A stretch of 64,000 nt of DNA from Gracilinanus agilis (taxonomy: Eukaryota): contig NC_058131.1 of NCBI RefSeq assembly GCF_016433145.1, positions 583,183,999 through 583,247,998 on the forward strand, read 5' to 3'. This document shows positions 11,436-24,710 of this stretch, in pieces; within the stretch, counting starts at the first letter, position 1, and the number at the start of each line of letters is the position of its first letter. The notes under the pieces were generated by a model, which searched no databases, was not told where the DNA came from, and saw only the letters and a program-made list of their open reading frames with translations. The position numbers and the translations under genes are program-made.

Positions 11436-12686
11436 TCTCTACTAGCAACAATGCAATGATCCAGGTCAATTCTGAGGGATTTATGAGAAAGAATACTATT
11501 CACATTCAGAGGAAGAACTGTGGGAGCAGAAACACAGAAGAAAAACAAGTGCTGTAGGATTAGGGAAACTGTGAGATTAGGGGTCAGATGCCAATGGAGT
11601 CTCCCCAATCCCTGGTCTTTGGAGAAGCAGGCAAACTAGACTGGATGGGAGGGGCAGGAGCCTGTGGAGTACTCCTTCACCTCCTCCCACCCTATAAGCA
11701 GTTGGAAATCAGTTAACTGTCTGATTATGGAGGATATTCTAGCTTGGTAACTTTTGGGCCAAGATGGTAAGTGGATAGAAACTTAAACCCTTGTGATGAT
11801 AACTTTCTTTGTTTGAATTACTCTCTCACAGGATGGAAATGTATGAGGTTAAAGTCTTCAGCAAATCTGACCACTGGCCCCCAGTACAAAGGCAGTTACA
11901 GTCCTTGCTTGATGAAATACTTGGCTTGGTGAAAAGAAGGTAGTAAGTATATTCCCCAGCTAACTATACACAAACTCTATCTTTTCACAAACTAAATGTA
12001 TTTAATGATTTCAGGGAACAGGAAAGGTAATCTGTTTAAGGAAAGAGGAGGGAAGGTAATCTGGCTAAAACTGTTAACTGTAGACTAAAGACACACTCCC
12101 CCGAGGGGAATGTAACTGGAATGGCTGAACTCTAATCTAAGGCCTAAATATTCTTCCTTCTAAAACCTGAACTGCTAAACTGAAGGTAAACTGTATTTTT
12201 GCTTGAAGAGACCTTCTTTGTGGTTAGCTACCAAGGTAAAGGTCAGTGACTGAATGCCCCAGCCCAGAGCTACACAGATTGTCCCTCTGCTCAGAGCCAA
12301 GAGCCAAGAGCAAAGAGTCAGCCCCCTTGCAAGAGGGGTGACCTGGCTTTTTATACCAGGACTCCAAATGCCTTTGACTGCACCCTCTTTTAGAGTTCTG
12401 GGGGCACTATGGAATTCTGTGATGCAGCTTGAACCCCTCTCAAAAATATGGATCCCACATTGCTTGATCACACGGGTCGATGGGGATATGATTGGGGATG
12501 TAGATGCTAAACGATAACTCTAGTCCAACTAGCAATAATTAGATCTTGATCAATGGCACATGTAAAACCCAGTGGATTTGTACATTGGCTATGGGAAGGG
12601 GTGGGAGGAAGGGAGGAAAAGAACATGAATCATGAAACCATGAAAAAATTCCTTAATTAATCAATAGAATAAAAATAAATTAAAAA
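11436..12686 (+). mobile_element. 5'-truncated L1 3' end split by a solo LTR and inserted in an older L1 5'UTR-like sequence starting ~11239
   Basis: TSD aagacttgg(g)aagtca at 11420-11435 and 12687-12701. ggggcagagccaagatggc at 11239. Confidence 0.8.
11553..12459 (-). mobile_element. Solo LTR (~907 bp)
   Basis: TGT...ACA ends, flanks GTGC/TTGC, minus-strand TATAAAA near 12350. The L1 sequence resumes on both sides. Confidence 0.7.
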
Positions 12687-13590
12687 AAGACTTGGAAGTC
12701 AGTGAAAGTAGAAGCACATGTGGGTATAGTTGGGACAGGTAGAGAGAGTGAATCTGACTTCCAAGAAGGGCAACAAAGGCAAGAAAGAACAAGTATGCTA
12801 ACAAAGACTAGAGTTGATGGGATCAGAGATTTAGAACTGGAATTCTAACTAGGATTCCTTTTTGTTCATACAAGTGGGGGGCCGGAGAGATGAGAGACCT
12901 TGGGGTGAAATGGCAGGGAGAGACCATGCAGCAGACATCACCTTCATTGCTTCATGAGTGGCTTTCATGAAAGCCATTCGCAGTTGGGTTTTTCTGCCAT
13001 AATGGGTATAGCCATTGGATTCTGGCTCCCCTACATCCTGGATGGAGGTAGCAGGTTAGGGGGCACAAGATATGATGGTGGTCAATCTCCCTGAACCTAA
13101 GATTGTGATAAGAATGTGTAAGAGATTCAGTGGTAAGTCACTGAGCCCTAATGGAGGGGGCCAATAAGAAGCCTGGAGACTGAGTGATCATGCTGTGGAT
13201 GCTGGGAGCTATGAGATGGGACTGGAGGAAGCCTGGGAGGTGCCCCTCTAATTTTCTGCACCCCGAGTAAAGACCTACTCACTCTGCCCCAGTTAGGACT
13301 GATAAAAGTCTAAAATTGTGAGTTCTGACTTTTTGTAACAATCTTAAATTGAGGGACTAATTTCAAATGCTAGAGTTTAGAATTTTGATCATTTCTTCCA
13401 CCTATTCCCCAGTATTTAGCAACACAAATTCTCTCTAAATGGTTAACTTTGGAGTGAACAATACGACCACCCCACTAAAAGGGGACAATAGGATGCATAT
13501 TCCATTAAGGTTTATTGCAGGGTAAAGATAAGGATAGCTGACCGAAGCTGAGGTGAATAGCACGTACAGGGGACAAAAATGCGACCAGAG

Positions 13591-13792
13591 AAGGGCAACT
13601 GGGTGGCTCAATGAAGAGACAGTCCAGCCAAGAGACTGGGGATCCTGGATTCAAATCTTGCCTCAGTCACTTCCTAGCTCTATGACCTTGGGTAAGTCAC
13701 TTAACCCTCATTGCCTGTCCCTTACTGCTCTTCTGCCTTGGAACCAACACACAATATTGATTCTAAGATGGAAGGTGAGGGTTTTTTTTTTT
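13591..13792 (+). mobile_element. SINE1-type SINE
   Basis: Consensus match. TSD aatgc(g/t)accagag. Confidence 0.88.
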
Positions 13793-14436
13793 AATGCTAC
13801 CAGAGCCCCCAGTAAGTGCTTCAAGATGAAGAATGCATCCCCTCCTAAGTGCACAATCCCTGGTTCAAGGCTAGCTATTAGCATGGTGATTCGAGCACCA
13901 GCATCCATATCGAAGGTTGCAAGAACTTTAGACGCAATATGATCTGAAGCTAAATTATTCTTGATTTTGTAGAGGGAAAAAATAGCCTCTTTCCTGATGT
14001 AATTTAGAGGTAAAGTCTCTTCATGATGGGGCCTTGAAAAGCTTCATTCTACAAGCACATGGGGATGAGCTCCTGACTATCTTTTCTGATCAGACTCTTT
14101 GTGTCCTTGTTTTGGGTTTTCTTGACAAAGATGCTCACCACTGGAGGGCTTTATCATTTCCTCCTATAGTTCCTTTTGCATATGAGAAAACTGAGGCCAG
14201 ACAGGATTAACTGACTTGCCCAGGTCATCCGGCTAAGGGTCTGAGGCCCAATTTGACCTGGGGTCTTCCTTACCCCTGACCAGTGCTTTATCCACTGCAC
14301 CACCCAGCTGCCCAAATCAGCCTTTCTAAATATTTAACCACGTTGGCAGCCTCAGAAATAGATGGCAGCCTCTGCCCAGTATGGATGCTATTAATTATCT
14401 TGAGAATGAATTTGGAAGAAGTTATCGTAGTTCTAG

Positions 14437-14870
14437 AAGAGGTTCTTCTACTAGGGTTCATGGATCCTAGAGAGTTCCATAGACTGATTTCAGGAGCCTC
14501 ATGAACTTGGATGGGGAAAAAAAAAAAACCTACATCTTTATTTCCATATAATTGGCTTCCTTTGTAATCTTTTAATTTTATTTTATGCATTTATAAACAT
14601 GTTTCTGAAAAGAGGTTCATAAGCTTTATCAGATTTTTTTTAAATCCCTACTTTCCATCTTAGAATCAATACCATGTAATGGTTCCAAGGCAGAAGAGCG
14701 GTAAGGGCTAGGCAATGGGAGTTAAGTGACTTGCCCAGGGTCACCCAACTAGGAAGATTTGAACCCCAGACCTCCCATCTCTGGGTATGGTTCTCAATCC
14801 ACTGAGCCACCCAGCTTCCCCCTAGATTTTCAAAGTAGCCTATGACACACAAAAAATAGATGCCTTCCTC
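14437..14870. mobile_element. Charlie4a-like hAT element interrupted by a SINE
   Basis: aggttctt...gggttcatgga start and ttattttatgcatttataaacatgtttctgaaaagaggttcata motif. Confidence 0.5.
14634..14823 (-). mobile_element. SINE1-type SINE
   Basis: Consensus match. Confidence 0.9.
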
Positions 14871-14949
14871 CTTCCCCAGTCACAGAGTATGGTTGGAGTA
14901 AGGGTTGGGGAGGGGGAGGGCGAAGGAGAAGAAAAGGGAGTTAAGAAGC

Positions 14950-16960
14950 CCTAGTTAGGCTTCTTGTAAAAGTTACAAAAGAATGGAGGGAAGTGTTACA
15001 TTTAATGCCTATAAACTCTTATTACAAATGGCTGTATTTCAAAGGCAACTATTAACTCAACACAGAAGCAAAAAGATTGCAATAAACTACATTGAATGGG
15101 AATGTTTCTCCTAATTGAGACAGAAATCTTCCTTAAAGGGGAGGGTCATGCTTTTGGTTTAACGATGTGATAAGTTATGAAGAGTTAGAATCTCATGCAG
15201 GAGCTTGGTACATCATTTAGCCTCCCTTCTACAGGGAGAATTCCCATGTCAGAAGATCCTTGAGCTGTGAGGTCAAGAAAAGTTGGTTAACTAAAGCACT
15301 AGCCAATAAAAAGGTAAAAAAATGAGCCATGACATTACCTTTCTGGAGGGCTCTTACCTCATCTTTGGGGAATTTTACATATGTGAATTTCCCAGGAAAC
15401 TCAATGAGATGGGATTAAGGAATAGGACTTAAATCTGTAGCATATCATTAACTTCTCTCCAAAGATTATGAACAGATTGTTCTAAATTCTAAGTAATAGA
15501 CCAATTCTCTCTCCTAGTCTTCTAGAAGACCTAGGATTGTCCCACATGTAGATCCTGGATCCTAAAGAATTTCTTCTAATTGAAGAAATAAAATTTTCAA
15601 ACTATTAGGAATTCAAAGCAACCCCAAATAATGTAGGTCTAAGGGAGAAAGTATTTCCCCTCAGCCATCTTGAAAAATGGATATTTCTAACCTTGGAAAT
15701 TATCTCATGACCTCAAAAGATCCAGAATCATTGAATTAGATGCTAGTCTCCCAGAAGGAGGTGCTTGGAATCTTAAAAGAGAATCTCTGTAGAATGCATA
15801 ATTCTTGTACACATGTAATTATTAACTAAAAGTCCTTCCTTTTTCCTACTTTTTCTTCTCTTTTCTCCCTTTCCTCCTTCCCCTCACCCCAGGAATATTA
15901 AGATGCTCCCTATTAGCCTGGGAAAAATCAAGAGAAAAGTGTGTTGGGTTCAGGAGTTCCTTCCAATAACCACTGCAGTAAGGAAAATCTCTTGTTGGAG
16001 AATTGCCACCTTCCCTTGATCATTACTACTTGAGATTATTGGAGTCTCTCGAAGGAAATCAGATCACACTGGATGGTTTACAATTTTCAGTCTTCATGAG
16101 CAGGCTGAGCCAATAAAAAGAAATTTAATCTGACTTCCAAGTCCCAGAAGAATCTTTGAGATACTTGGGAAAAATGTGTTTCTTTTCAACAATTGCACAA
16201 ATATAACATCTGTATGGGTAAGTGTGCACACACATACATACACACCATCTTAGATATTAACTGATTGTCCCTCCAATGAGGAGAATGGAGGAGATAAAAG
16301 AGATCACTAGGTGGTTGCTGGCAAAACAAAACAAACAAACAAAAAAACCAACCACATGGTATTTGGTGTATTCTAGGGAGACTAGCACTAGCGTCCTTTC
16401 CCCAGGGGTAGTTTGTGTGTGGATGAATGGATATATATACACAAAAAAAGGTAGAATGACCAATAGGTTTATGATTAGAACTCCTGTGTCAAAGGAATTC
16501 TATTAGCCCAGATATTTATTCTTATCTAACCAATTCCTGATTAGTGTGTTCAACGGTACCTAGGGATCTGATTGGTGCGTTTTAAAAAAGATTCCAATTC
16601 TCTTTGACCTCCATATTGTAAAATAGTGTTTGTCCTAATTTCTAAGCCCATTTAGGACCCAGCCTACATTTCTGAGTAGGGCTGGTATTCCTAACCCACC
16701 CCCCCAAGTATGCTATTTCAACTCTTACACCAGAAGAACAGCAAGTTTTGGGGTGATCAGTAAAGCAGAGTAGTATACAAACCCTTCTGTCCTCTGTGTG
16801 TGTATGCAATCAGTAATTGGTATATTGTTAATAAAGCCTGGATCTATGTGTGTATTCCTTGAGGCTCAAGCTGAACTAATAGAACTTGAGCTAAAATATT
16901 TCATTTCTCCTCCCCGAGTTTTGTTGTTTAGTCATTTTCAGTAATGCCTGCTCCTGTGAG
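14950..16960 (+). mobile_element. Highly decayed ERV remnant (integrase-like traces plus a 3' LTR-like segment); boundaries uncertain
   Basis: Frameshifted YNFQSS/EQAEPIKRNL at ~16079-16130 resembles the integrase YHPQSSGQVER motif. AATAAA-containing LTR-like block at ~16500-16960. Confidence 0.4.
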
Positions 16961-16999
16961 ACCTCTTTTTGTTTTTTTGTTTGTTTTTGGGGGGGGGGG

Positions 17000-17190
17000 C
17001 GAAATATACGAGAGTGGTTCACCATTTCCTTCTCCAACTCATTGCACAGATGAGGAAACTGAGGCAAATAGGATTATAGTGATTTGTACAGATACTTACA
17101 CACAATTATATATCTAGAGTCAGATTTGAACTCAGGTTTTCCTGATTCAAGATCCAACACTCCATCTACTGTAGCACCTAGCTGCCCCAC
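17000..17190 (-). mobile_element. MAR1/MIR core-SINE
   Basis: acagatgaggaaactgaggca core. Confidence 0.8.
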
Positions 17191-17834
17191 AAGGTAGGGG
17201 TTAGCATTAGATACCCAGATAAGCTGAACAGTGGGGGAAGTTATGGAGTCATTCGGGATAAATTTCCACCAAAGGAAAGAAGGTGATATCTTTTTGCATC
17301 TTGGAGACTATGGTGCTATTTTGGTCATGCATGCTTGGCAGACTCATTGAGACGTCTAATCATTATCACTTGTATTTAGCATTATAGACTATTAAAGTGA
17401 AAAAGGAATTTGGAGACGAGCCTACCCATTTGACAGATGAAGTAGGTGAGACCTAGAAAGGAGACTCAAGGTCAAACAGTTAGTCAATGACATAGCTGAG
17501 GCCAGGCAGCCCTTTGATCGCAGTCCTTTGCTCCTTCTACTCCTCCACGATGCCTGGCTTTCTTTTCTAAAGGCCTAATGCTCCCACACTTGCCCTATTC
17601 AAACTTTAAAGGGCTCTGTGAGAGAGGCAGGGAGTATACTCATCCTCAGTCTTTTTCACTAGATCACCATCTCCATTCTGCCCCTAACTGCGTGGGTATC
17701 TCCAAAACTCTGGGGCTCTTCCGTCTCGTCACCCTCCCTCTGAGCCTCACCAGCTCTCATGGGATTCAGGGATGATCTCTATGCAGCTGAGTCTCAGATC
17801 TTTCTGGGGGGGCCCTATTCTCTCGCCTGACCTG

Positions 17835-18050
17835 GCAGTGAGGTGACTGGGTGGGTAGAGTGCTGCGTCTGGAGTCAGGAAGACCCAAGTTCAAATTTGA
17901 CCTCAGATGCATCCTAGCTGGAAGACCCTGGATGAGCCACTTAATCTCTGAATCCCAGGCAAAAAAGGATCCACTGGAGAAGGAAATGGCCAACCATTTC
18001 AGTATCTTTACCAAGAAAACTCCATGAATAGCCATGGTCCGTGAGGTAAG
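17835..18050 (+). mobile_element. Core-SINE (MAR1/MIR3-like)
   Basis: tRNA-like head and ccactggagaaggaaatggccaaccatttcagtatcttta tail. Confidence 0.75.
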
Positions 18051-18239
18051 ATAAAAAAAAACAAACAAACAAAAAAACCAATTTAAATAATTAATTAATT
18101 GTGTTTAATCAATTGATATTTCACTAATTAAAATTAATGAAATCTTAATTTTAAATTTAAATTTATTTAAAATAATTTTTAAAAATTTAAAATAATAAAT
18201 AAAATAACACATCAGGAAGTAATACACAACTGAACAACA

Positions 18240-19690
18240 ATAATGAATGTTTCGAACAGAATGTCCCATAAATATCTCAGATTCAAAATGTCCAAACCCC
18301 CAAATCTTTCGAGCATTTTCATTCCTCTCCAGGCTGTGCTGCTGGCTCATCTCCATAGAATTTGCTCCAACATGCCCCCCCAACCCTCTTTTTGCTCCTT
18401 TTTGGGGGGTTTAGGCGTCTTTCCCCTAAGCTCCTTGAGGACAGGACTGTCTTTCTTTCAGTTTGTATGCTTAACCCAGGTGGGCACACACTACCGAAGC
18501 TTAATCAATGCCTATTTACTGCCTAACAGACCCACCCCCTTTTCTAACTTCCTTAGTTATATAAAAAGTACCACCATTGTTGTTGTTCATGGCTCTGACT
18601 CTTTGGGACCCTATTTGGGGCTTTTTTTTGGCAAAGATTTTGGAGTTGTTTGTCATTTCCTTCTCTAGCTCATTTTACAGATGAGGAAACTGAGGCAAGC
18701 AGGGTTCAGTGACTTGGCCAGGGTTACACAGCTAGCAAGTATCTGAGTTCAAATCAGGAAGATGAGTCTTGCTTTGGGCCACCTTGCTGCCCCAGCCATA
18801 ACTCCTCTATAAAGCCATTCTCCATCCTCACTTTCCCACACCTCTTATATCCAATCATTTGCCAAATCTTGTCCCTTCTCTTTCCAAATCTTTCATATCC
18901 ATCCTCTGCTTTCCATCTACATGATCACCACCCTAATTCAGATGCTCATTGCTCCCTCTCCTTGGTTTATTATATTAACTTCCTAACTGGTCTTACTTCT
19001 CTCCAATCCATCCTCAAAATAATCATCAAAGTGATATTCCTAAAGCATAGACCTGGTTCTGTCACACCTCTGCTCAAGAACCTCTAACAGCTCCCTATTA
19101 CTCATAATAGCATCTTAGGAGCATAGAGCAAGAAGGGACCAAAGAAGTCCCCTAGTCCAAACCTCTCACTTTCCAAGAGAGTAAACTGAATCCGTCCCCT
19201 TTCAGTGATATCACTCTGCCTCCCCGGATGACCTCTCAGAATCAAATTCTCAGTCTTTTAACATTTAAAGCCCTTCACATTCTGGTCCTGATCTGCCTGT
19301 CCAGGATTCAGCGTTATTCCCTTGCATGCACTTTAAGGTCCTTCTTGCTCCTTAACAGAACATTCCATCTCCTATGTGTGTGCCTTTGTACAAGATGCTC
19401 CCCATGCCTAGAACGGACTCCTTTCTCACCTGCACTTCCCAGGATCACTAGCTTCTTTCCATCTTCTCAAATGCCACTTCTAACATCATCTCTCCTGATC
19501 CAATCAGTTTCTAGTATCTTTCTGTCCAAATTATCCAAATTTTGTTTTATTTATATTCTAAGTATACATATGTAAGTACAAATTGTTTCCCACAAATGAA
19601 ATTAAGCTCCTTCAGGTCAGGGACTTCAGTTTTGTTTTTTTATCACTAAAACGCCTAGCATGATAGCCTGACACATAGTAGGTATGTAGT
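18240..19690 (-). mobile_element. Fragmented L2 with an embedded MAR1 (18575-18795)
   Basis: Pyrimidine-rich L2 motifs (ctcctaactggtc, aagctccttgaggacaggg, tagtaggtatgtagtaaatg). Confidence 0.65.
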
Positions 19691-19930
19691 AAATGCTTAG
19701 GGTAGTGGCAGAAAGAGCTTGGTGTCAGGAAGATATCTTCCTGAGTTCAAATCTAACCTCAGATACTTTCTAACTTTGGGACTCTGGGCAAGTCGCTTAA
19801 CCCTATTTGCCTCAGTTTCCTCATTTGTAAATTGAGCCAGAAGAAATGGCAAACTACTCCAGCTTCTTTGGCAAGAAAATACCAAATGGGATCATGAAGG
19901 GCATGACTAAAACATAGACTGGAGAACAAT
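19690..19930 (+). mobile_element. MAR1 core-SINE
   Basis: Core gcctcagtttcctcatttgtaaa plus tail. Confidence 0.85.
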
Positions 19931-20108
19931 AAACAAATGTTTGTTATTTAAATAATTGATTGCCTTTACATAGAGGGAAGTTGAGTCTGGAAAGGTTAAA
20001 TGTTTTGGCCAAGTTCAAACAATAACTCATTGGCAAGTTGGGAATCAAGACCTCACTGATGCCTCAATTCAAATCAACAAATATTGATTGATTTCCCACC
20101 CTTTAAAG

Positions 20109-20301
20109 CAGTGGTTCCCAAACTTTTTTGGCTTACCGCCCCCTTTCCAGAAAAAATATTACTTAGTGCCTCCTGGAAATTATGAAACTATTTATTGAAC
20201 TCAGAATGGAATGTAATACAAAAAAACTGTGGCCATCACCACCCTCCCGGATCGCTGCAGCACTCACCAGGGAGCAGTAACACCCACTTTGGGAATCACT
20301 G
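20109..20301 (+). mobile_element. hAT MITE (193 bp, TIR CAGTGGTTCCCAAA / TTTGGGAATCACTG)
   Basis: Perfect 8-bp TSD CTTTAAAG. Second copy at 28994. Confidence 0.92.
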
Positions 20302-21261
20302 CTTTAAAGCAATATATTTTAGGTACCCTGGGTACTCTAGAAGAACCAGACCTCTTCCTGGGCCTTCAGGTTTTGGATGTGTTTAAACATTTAATCACAA
20401 ATCAAAGCTTGAATAAGAGCATTCCTAATTTTTACTCCCATTGCATTCCTAACCCAAATGATCAATTCCACTATAAGATGTTATTTTCCCAAGTAAAAAA
20501 TGGTGTGAATGTCTAAACAGGTCCCTTCCTTTTGGACTTTACTTTTCTCATCTATCATATAATGGGATGAGCTAACATTATGTTAAAGTTTCCTTCCTGC
20601 TCTAAAATTCAATTATTGTATTAGTTCTATACTAAAAACTACAATAAAATTAAACAATTTGATTTAACAAGCATTTGCTTAGTACCCGTTATGTGGCATG
20701 CATAGGTTCTAGATGTTGGGAATTCAAAGATAAAAAAGAAACAGTCCCTTCTCTCAAGCAGATTGACAAGCAGAGAATAGATGACATAAAATAACAATAG
20801 GAAAGGAAGGAAGGAAGTGGGTTGAAGACAAGAGAAATAAATAACTACAAATAAAAAAGGAAGGAAACTTGAAGGAGGAGACAAAGATCTACTATGAATT
20901 GCAATTTGTCAACCACAGAAAGGGAGGTCCAGAGGACACAAAGTAAAGCAGAATGGGATAGGGATAGCTCACTAGAGAAATGGTGGAATTAACAAAATGG
21001 ATATGAGGGAATGACACTATTTCCTCTGCAAATTCTTCCCAACTGGAGATTGTAATGATATTCATTAGGATGTCTAAGTTGATTAAGTAAATTAATTAAG
21101 TAAATCAAAACTAAAAGAATCTTCTATAGTGTCTCTAAATGACCTTCAAGGTCATCCTCTCCAACCTCAACATATTTCAATGTAGAAACATCTTCAACAA
21201 CATCCCTGTCTGATGGCCTTCTGCCTCCTCCTAGAGCTTATTTAATATAATATACTTGTAC

Positions 21262-21500
21262 AGACATTCTCAGTCAGGTCTGATTCTCCATGACCCCATT
21301 TGGGGTTTCCTTGGCAAAGATATTGGAGTGGCTCGCCACTTCCTTCTCTAGTTCAATTAACAGATGAGGAAACTGAGGCAACCAAGGTTAAGTGACTTGC
21401 CCAGGATCACATAGTGTCTGAGCCGGGATTTGAACACAGGAAGATACGTCTTGCTGATTCCAGGACCAGCACTCTATCCTCTGAACCACCTAATTGTCCT
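21262..21500 (-). mobile_element. MAR1 core-SINE
   Basis: Reverse core and tail. Confidence 0.85.
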
Positions 21501-23589
21501 GTTGCAACATCGTTGTTTTTAAGTCATTTCCAATCATGGCGGACTCTTTGTCACCACACTTGGTGTTTCCTGGGCAAAGATGTCATGTAACATACAATTA
21601 TCTTTCTATTTTAAGCAGTGCTAATGAGTAAGGTAATTTTACCAATGCTGATACATTTGACTCAATAGGAAATAAAATCATCATTCTACAGCATTTTAGG
21701 CTTGTCATCACTATTTCCCCAGAGGAGGATCCCAACAGTAGTTTTTTGAACTATCAGTTAGCCACGTGATGACCTTGAGGGAGTCATTATAGTGTCTCTG
21801 GGTCGCAGCTGCCTCCTAAGTAAAGTCAAGGCTTTGGATTAGATGATTCCTTCCAGCTATCTAATTTAATATTGGTTAGTAAATTTAAATTAGTAGAAAG
21901 ATAAGTGATAATTAGATAATTAGATATCTATTAAATATTAGAATGGGCATTTTATACACATACATGGATAATAGATGTGTGTATGTACATAAGCATATAT
22001 TGTACAGGGACATATGCATATATGTGCATATATTTATGTATGTGTATAATAAATATAAATATACACATATATCTTTCTAATGTATTTGACTCTCAAATGG
22101 GTTCTCAGCCCCTTAAGGATTATTTTTTTCTGCTTTTAGTACATCTTCGATGCTATTGCACTCTCTAGAATCCCTACTCCATTGTAGACAAACTGCCCAC
22201 AAAAATGTCATCCCTTCCACCTTTAATAAAATAAAAAGCTCCCTGAGAGGGGGAGACATTGAAGAAACGGAATAGTGGATACGTTAAACCAATTTATTTC
22301 AGCAGGCTTTTGCCAAAACTGACAGGCATTAGTCACTGGGGAATTTTTTCAAATCACAATCCCTGCCTTCAAGGAGTTTATGTTCTCTCGTCATTCGGCT
22401 CAGTGTTCACTGGCAAACATTTGTCAGCTAAATCAGAGCAAAGTTGAGAACAAACCAGGCGAGTGTCTTTTCAGCGTTGTTGATATTTTGTATTTTATAA
22501 CATGATTTAGACGCATGAATAATATCTTTAATACTAAAGATTTTCCCTGTAGTTTGAAAATCATTTTATGCTGGAAGCAAATTCGTTATAACTCTGTTTG
22601 CCATTGGACGGTTCTCTCCATCTCTGCTGGCAAGATGCTGCCCAGCGAGTGTCCTTCTTTTCTCTCTTTGACCACAGCCCCCAGGGATCTCTTTCCTTTC
22701 CCATTGCTCTGACCCTCTCCTCTTGCCCTTCAATTATCCAGTCTGATTTTCTGCCCTTCTTATACCAAATGAAAACTTTTGCTTACCTTCAAAGCCTTCA
22801 CCTCCATTTATTTTCAAGCTCACCTCCTTCTTTTTTATCATGCCCTCTGCCTCCTCCAGCCTGCCATCTTTCAGCTAACCTAGATATAGGAACTGGCCCG
22901 ACAATTAGGACACACCAGCTGTCTCCATCAAACAGACAGCTGCGGGGATCTGTTTCTTTGAAATGGCTCCCACCAATTGATTCTGTAACATTCATGTATT
23001 TGGCATATGCACATTCTGGATATGAATTTGAGGAAATTAGGTCTTCTTAGGCAACAATATGCCCCTCTCTAAAGAGTTCCAGGAGACGTTGAGTGGAACA
23101 AATAGTAAAGCAATGAGATTATTTTAAAAAGAAAAGAAAACAAAAATCCAGGAAAAACTAAACCAAACTAAATTCCTCAGGCTATAGATAAACCTTACCC
23201 AAAGAGGGAGCCAAGCTGTCTACAGTAAGACGTAGAATTTAATAGAAACAGATTTTTTTCCTCTTCATTTTATTCTATTTTTAAGAAAAAGAGTCAAGCC
23301 ACAAAAAAAGTTTATATTCTAAAATGCAGAAGGCAGAAGCAAAAAAAGAAAATGTGAAGCTGCTTTTTTGTGCCAATGTACATTTAGCCCAGGATAGCAT
23401 GATACAGAAACTAATCAATTAATAGTCATTTATTAAGCCTCCATGTGCCAAGCAGCATGTAAGGTGCTGAGAGCACAAAGGAAAAAAAAAGAACCCTTGC
23501 CCTCTAGGGATTTACATTAAATTATAGAAAAAATCTATCACCTGGGCATTGGGAATCCTGGCCTCTAGTCTTAGCCCTACCACCAGGAT

Positions 23590-23780
23590 GGCAGGATAGT
23601 TTCTGTGTCACGGGGTTCTTCTGGCAATTTGATGAAGCCTATGGAGCCATTCTCAGAGCAATTGAAGGAAATACTAATTTTCAGGTAAAGGTTAGTGAAA
23701 ATAAAGATTTTCTCCCCCTATCCAAGTTCATGGACCCTCTGACATCTATCCAAAGACCTGTGAGCCCCAGTTTAAAATCT
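23590..23780. mobile_element. Charlie4a-like hAT fragment
   Basis: ggcaatttgatgaagcctatggagccattctcaga...gttcatggaccc. Confidence 0.5.
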
Positions 23781-24469
23781 GGGACCATCGTCTATTGAAT
23801 TTAACTCAATTTAATGGATTAAGTAAGTCCTTAACATGTGCCAGAAACAGTCGTAGGCAGAGAGAATACACAGGCAGAAATGGAAATGTTTCTGGGCTTT
23901 AGGAGCTGAACCAGGGAGTTAAAAAGAGAACAGAAACAAGGAAGGAAAGTATGTCCAGGAGGAGAAAATTGACCAGTATGAAAAGATCTGGAGAGGTCGT
24001 GGAGAACGAAGACAAGCCAGATTTAGCAGGCAAGAGATCTTTGGTAAACTCAGAGAAATTAGCTTCATTTGTCGTTCTAAGCCAGATTGCAAGGGGATAA
24101 AAAATGAATGCGTGATGGGCAAGTAGAGTCAGTGAGTGCAAACAATTCTTTCTAGGAATCTGGCATGAAAGAGAGCGTGTGTGTAAACTGACAATGTGTC
24201 TAGAACACTGGTTCCCTGAGGCTTTCTGTGTGCTCAGAAGGTGGGATATGCCCTGAACGTGCTGTATAAATAGACAAGAGCAAAAATGTCTAAAATATGC
24301 TCAATAAACACAAAATGTATGTAGAGGACAAACAACACCAAATGATTTGCCTTCAGTTCCACTTATGGGAATGAAACCCTTTCAGGTATTCTCTGAATAC
24401 TCAACTGGCAAAAGCTAGTGCCGATTTTGTCCACAGGATGTCAGCATAAACCAGCTACCGCTGAGCCTG

Positions 24470-24710
24470 GTTTTGTCGTTCAGTTGTTTCTGTCGTGCAC
24501 AATTCTTTGGGATCCCACTGGCGTTTTCTCGGCAAAGAGTGGTTGGCCATTTCCTTCTCTTGCCTTTTTTGCAGATGAAGAAACTGAGACCACCAGAGTT
24601 AAGGGACTTGCCCAGGATCTCACAACCAATAAGTGTCGGAGGCTAGATTTGAACTCAAAATAATAAATCTTCCTGGAGCTCTATCTATTGAGCCATGTAG
24701 CTGCCCTTAT
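24470..24710 (-). mobile_element. Core-SINE (MAR1-like)
   Basis: gcagatgaagaaactgagac...agggacttgcccagg. Confidence 0.75.

Noticed and set aside
18075-18210. Very AT-rich tract with short self-complementary pieces (also 21860-22075 and 31870-32010)
   Set aside because: Low-complexity decay, with no defined termini or TSD.
22598-23050. 150-aa ORF
   Set aside because: Pyrimidine-rich, L2-like low-complexity sequence with no coding signature.
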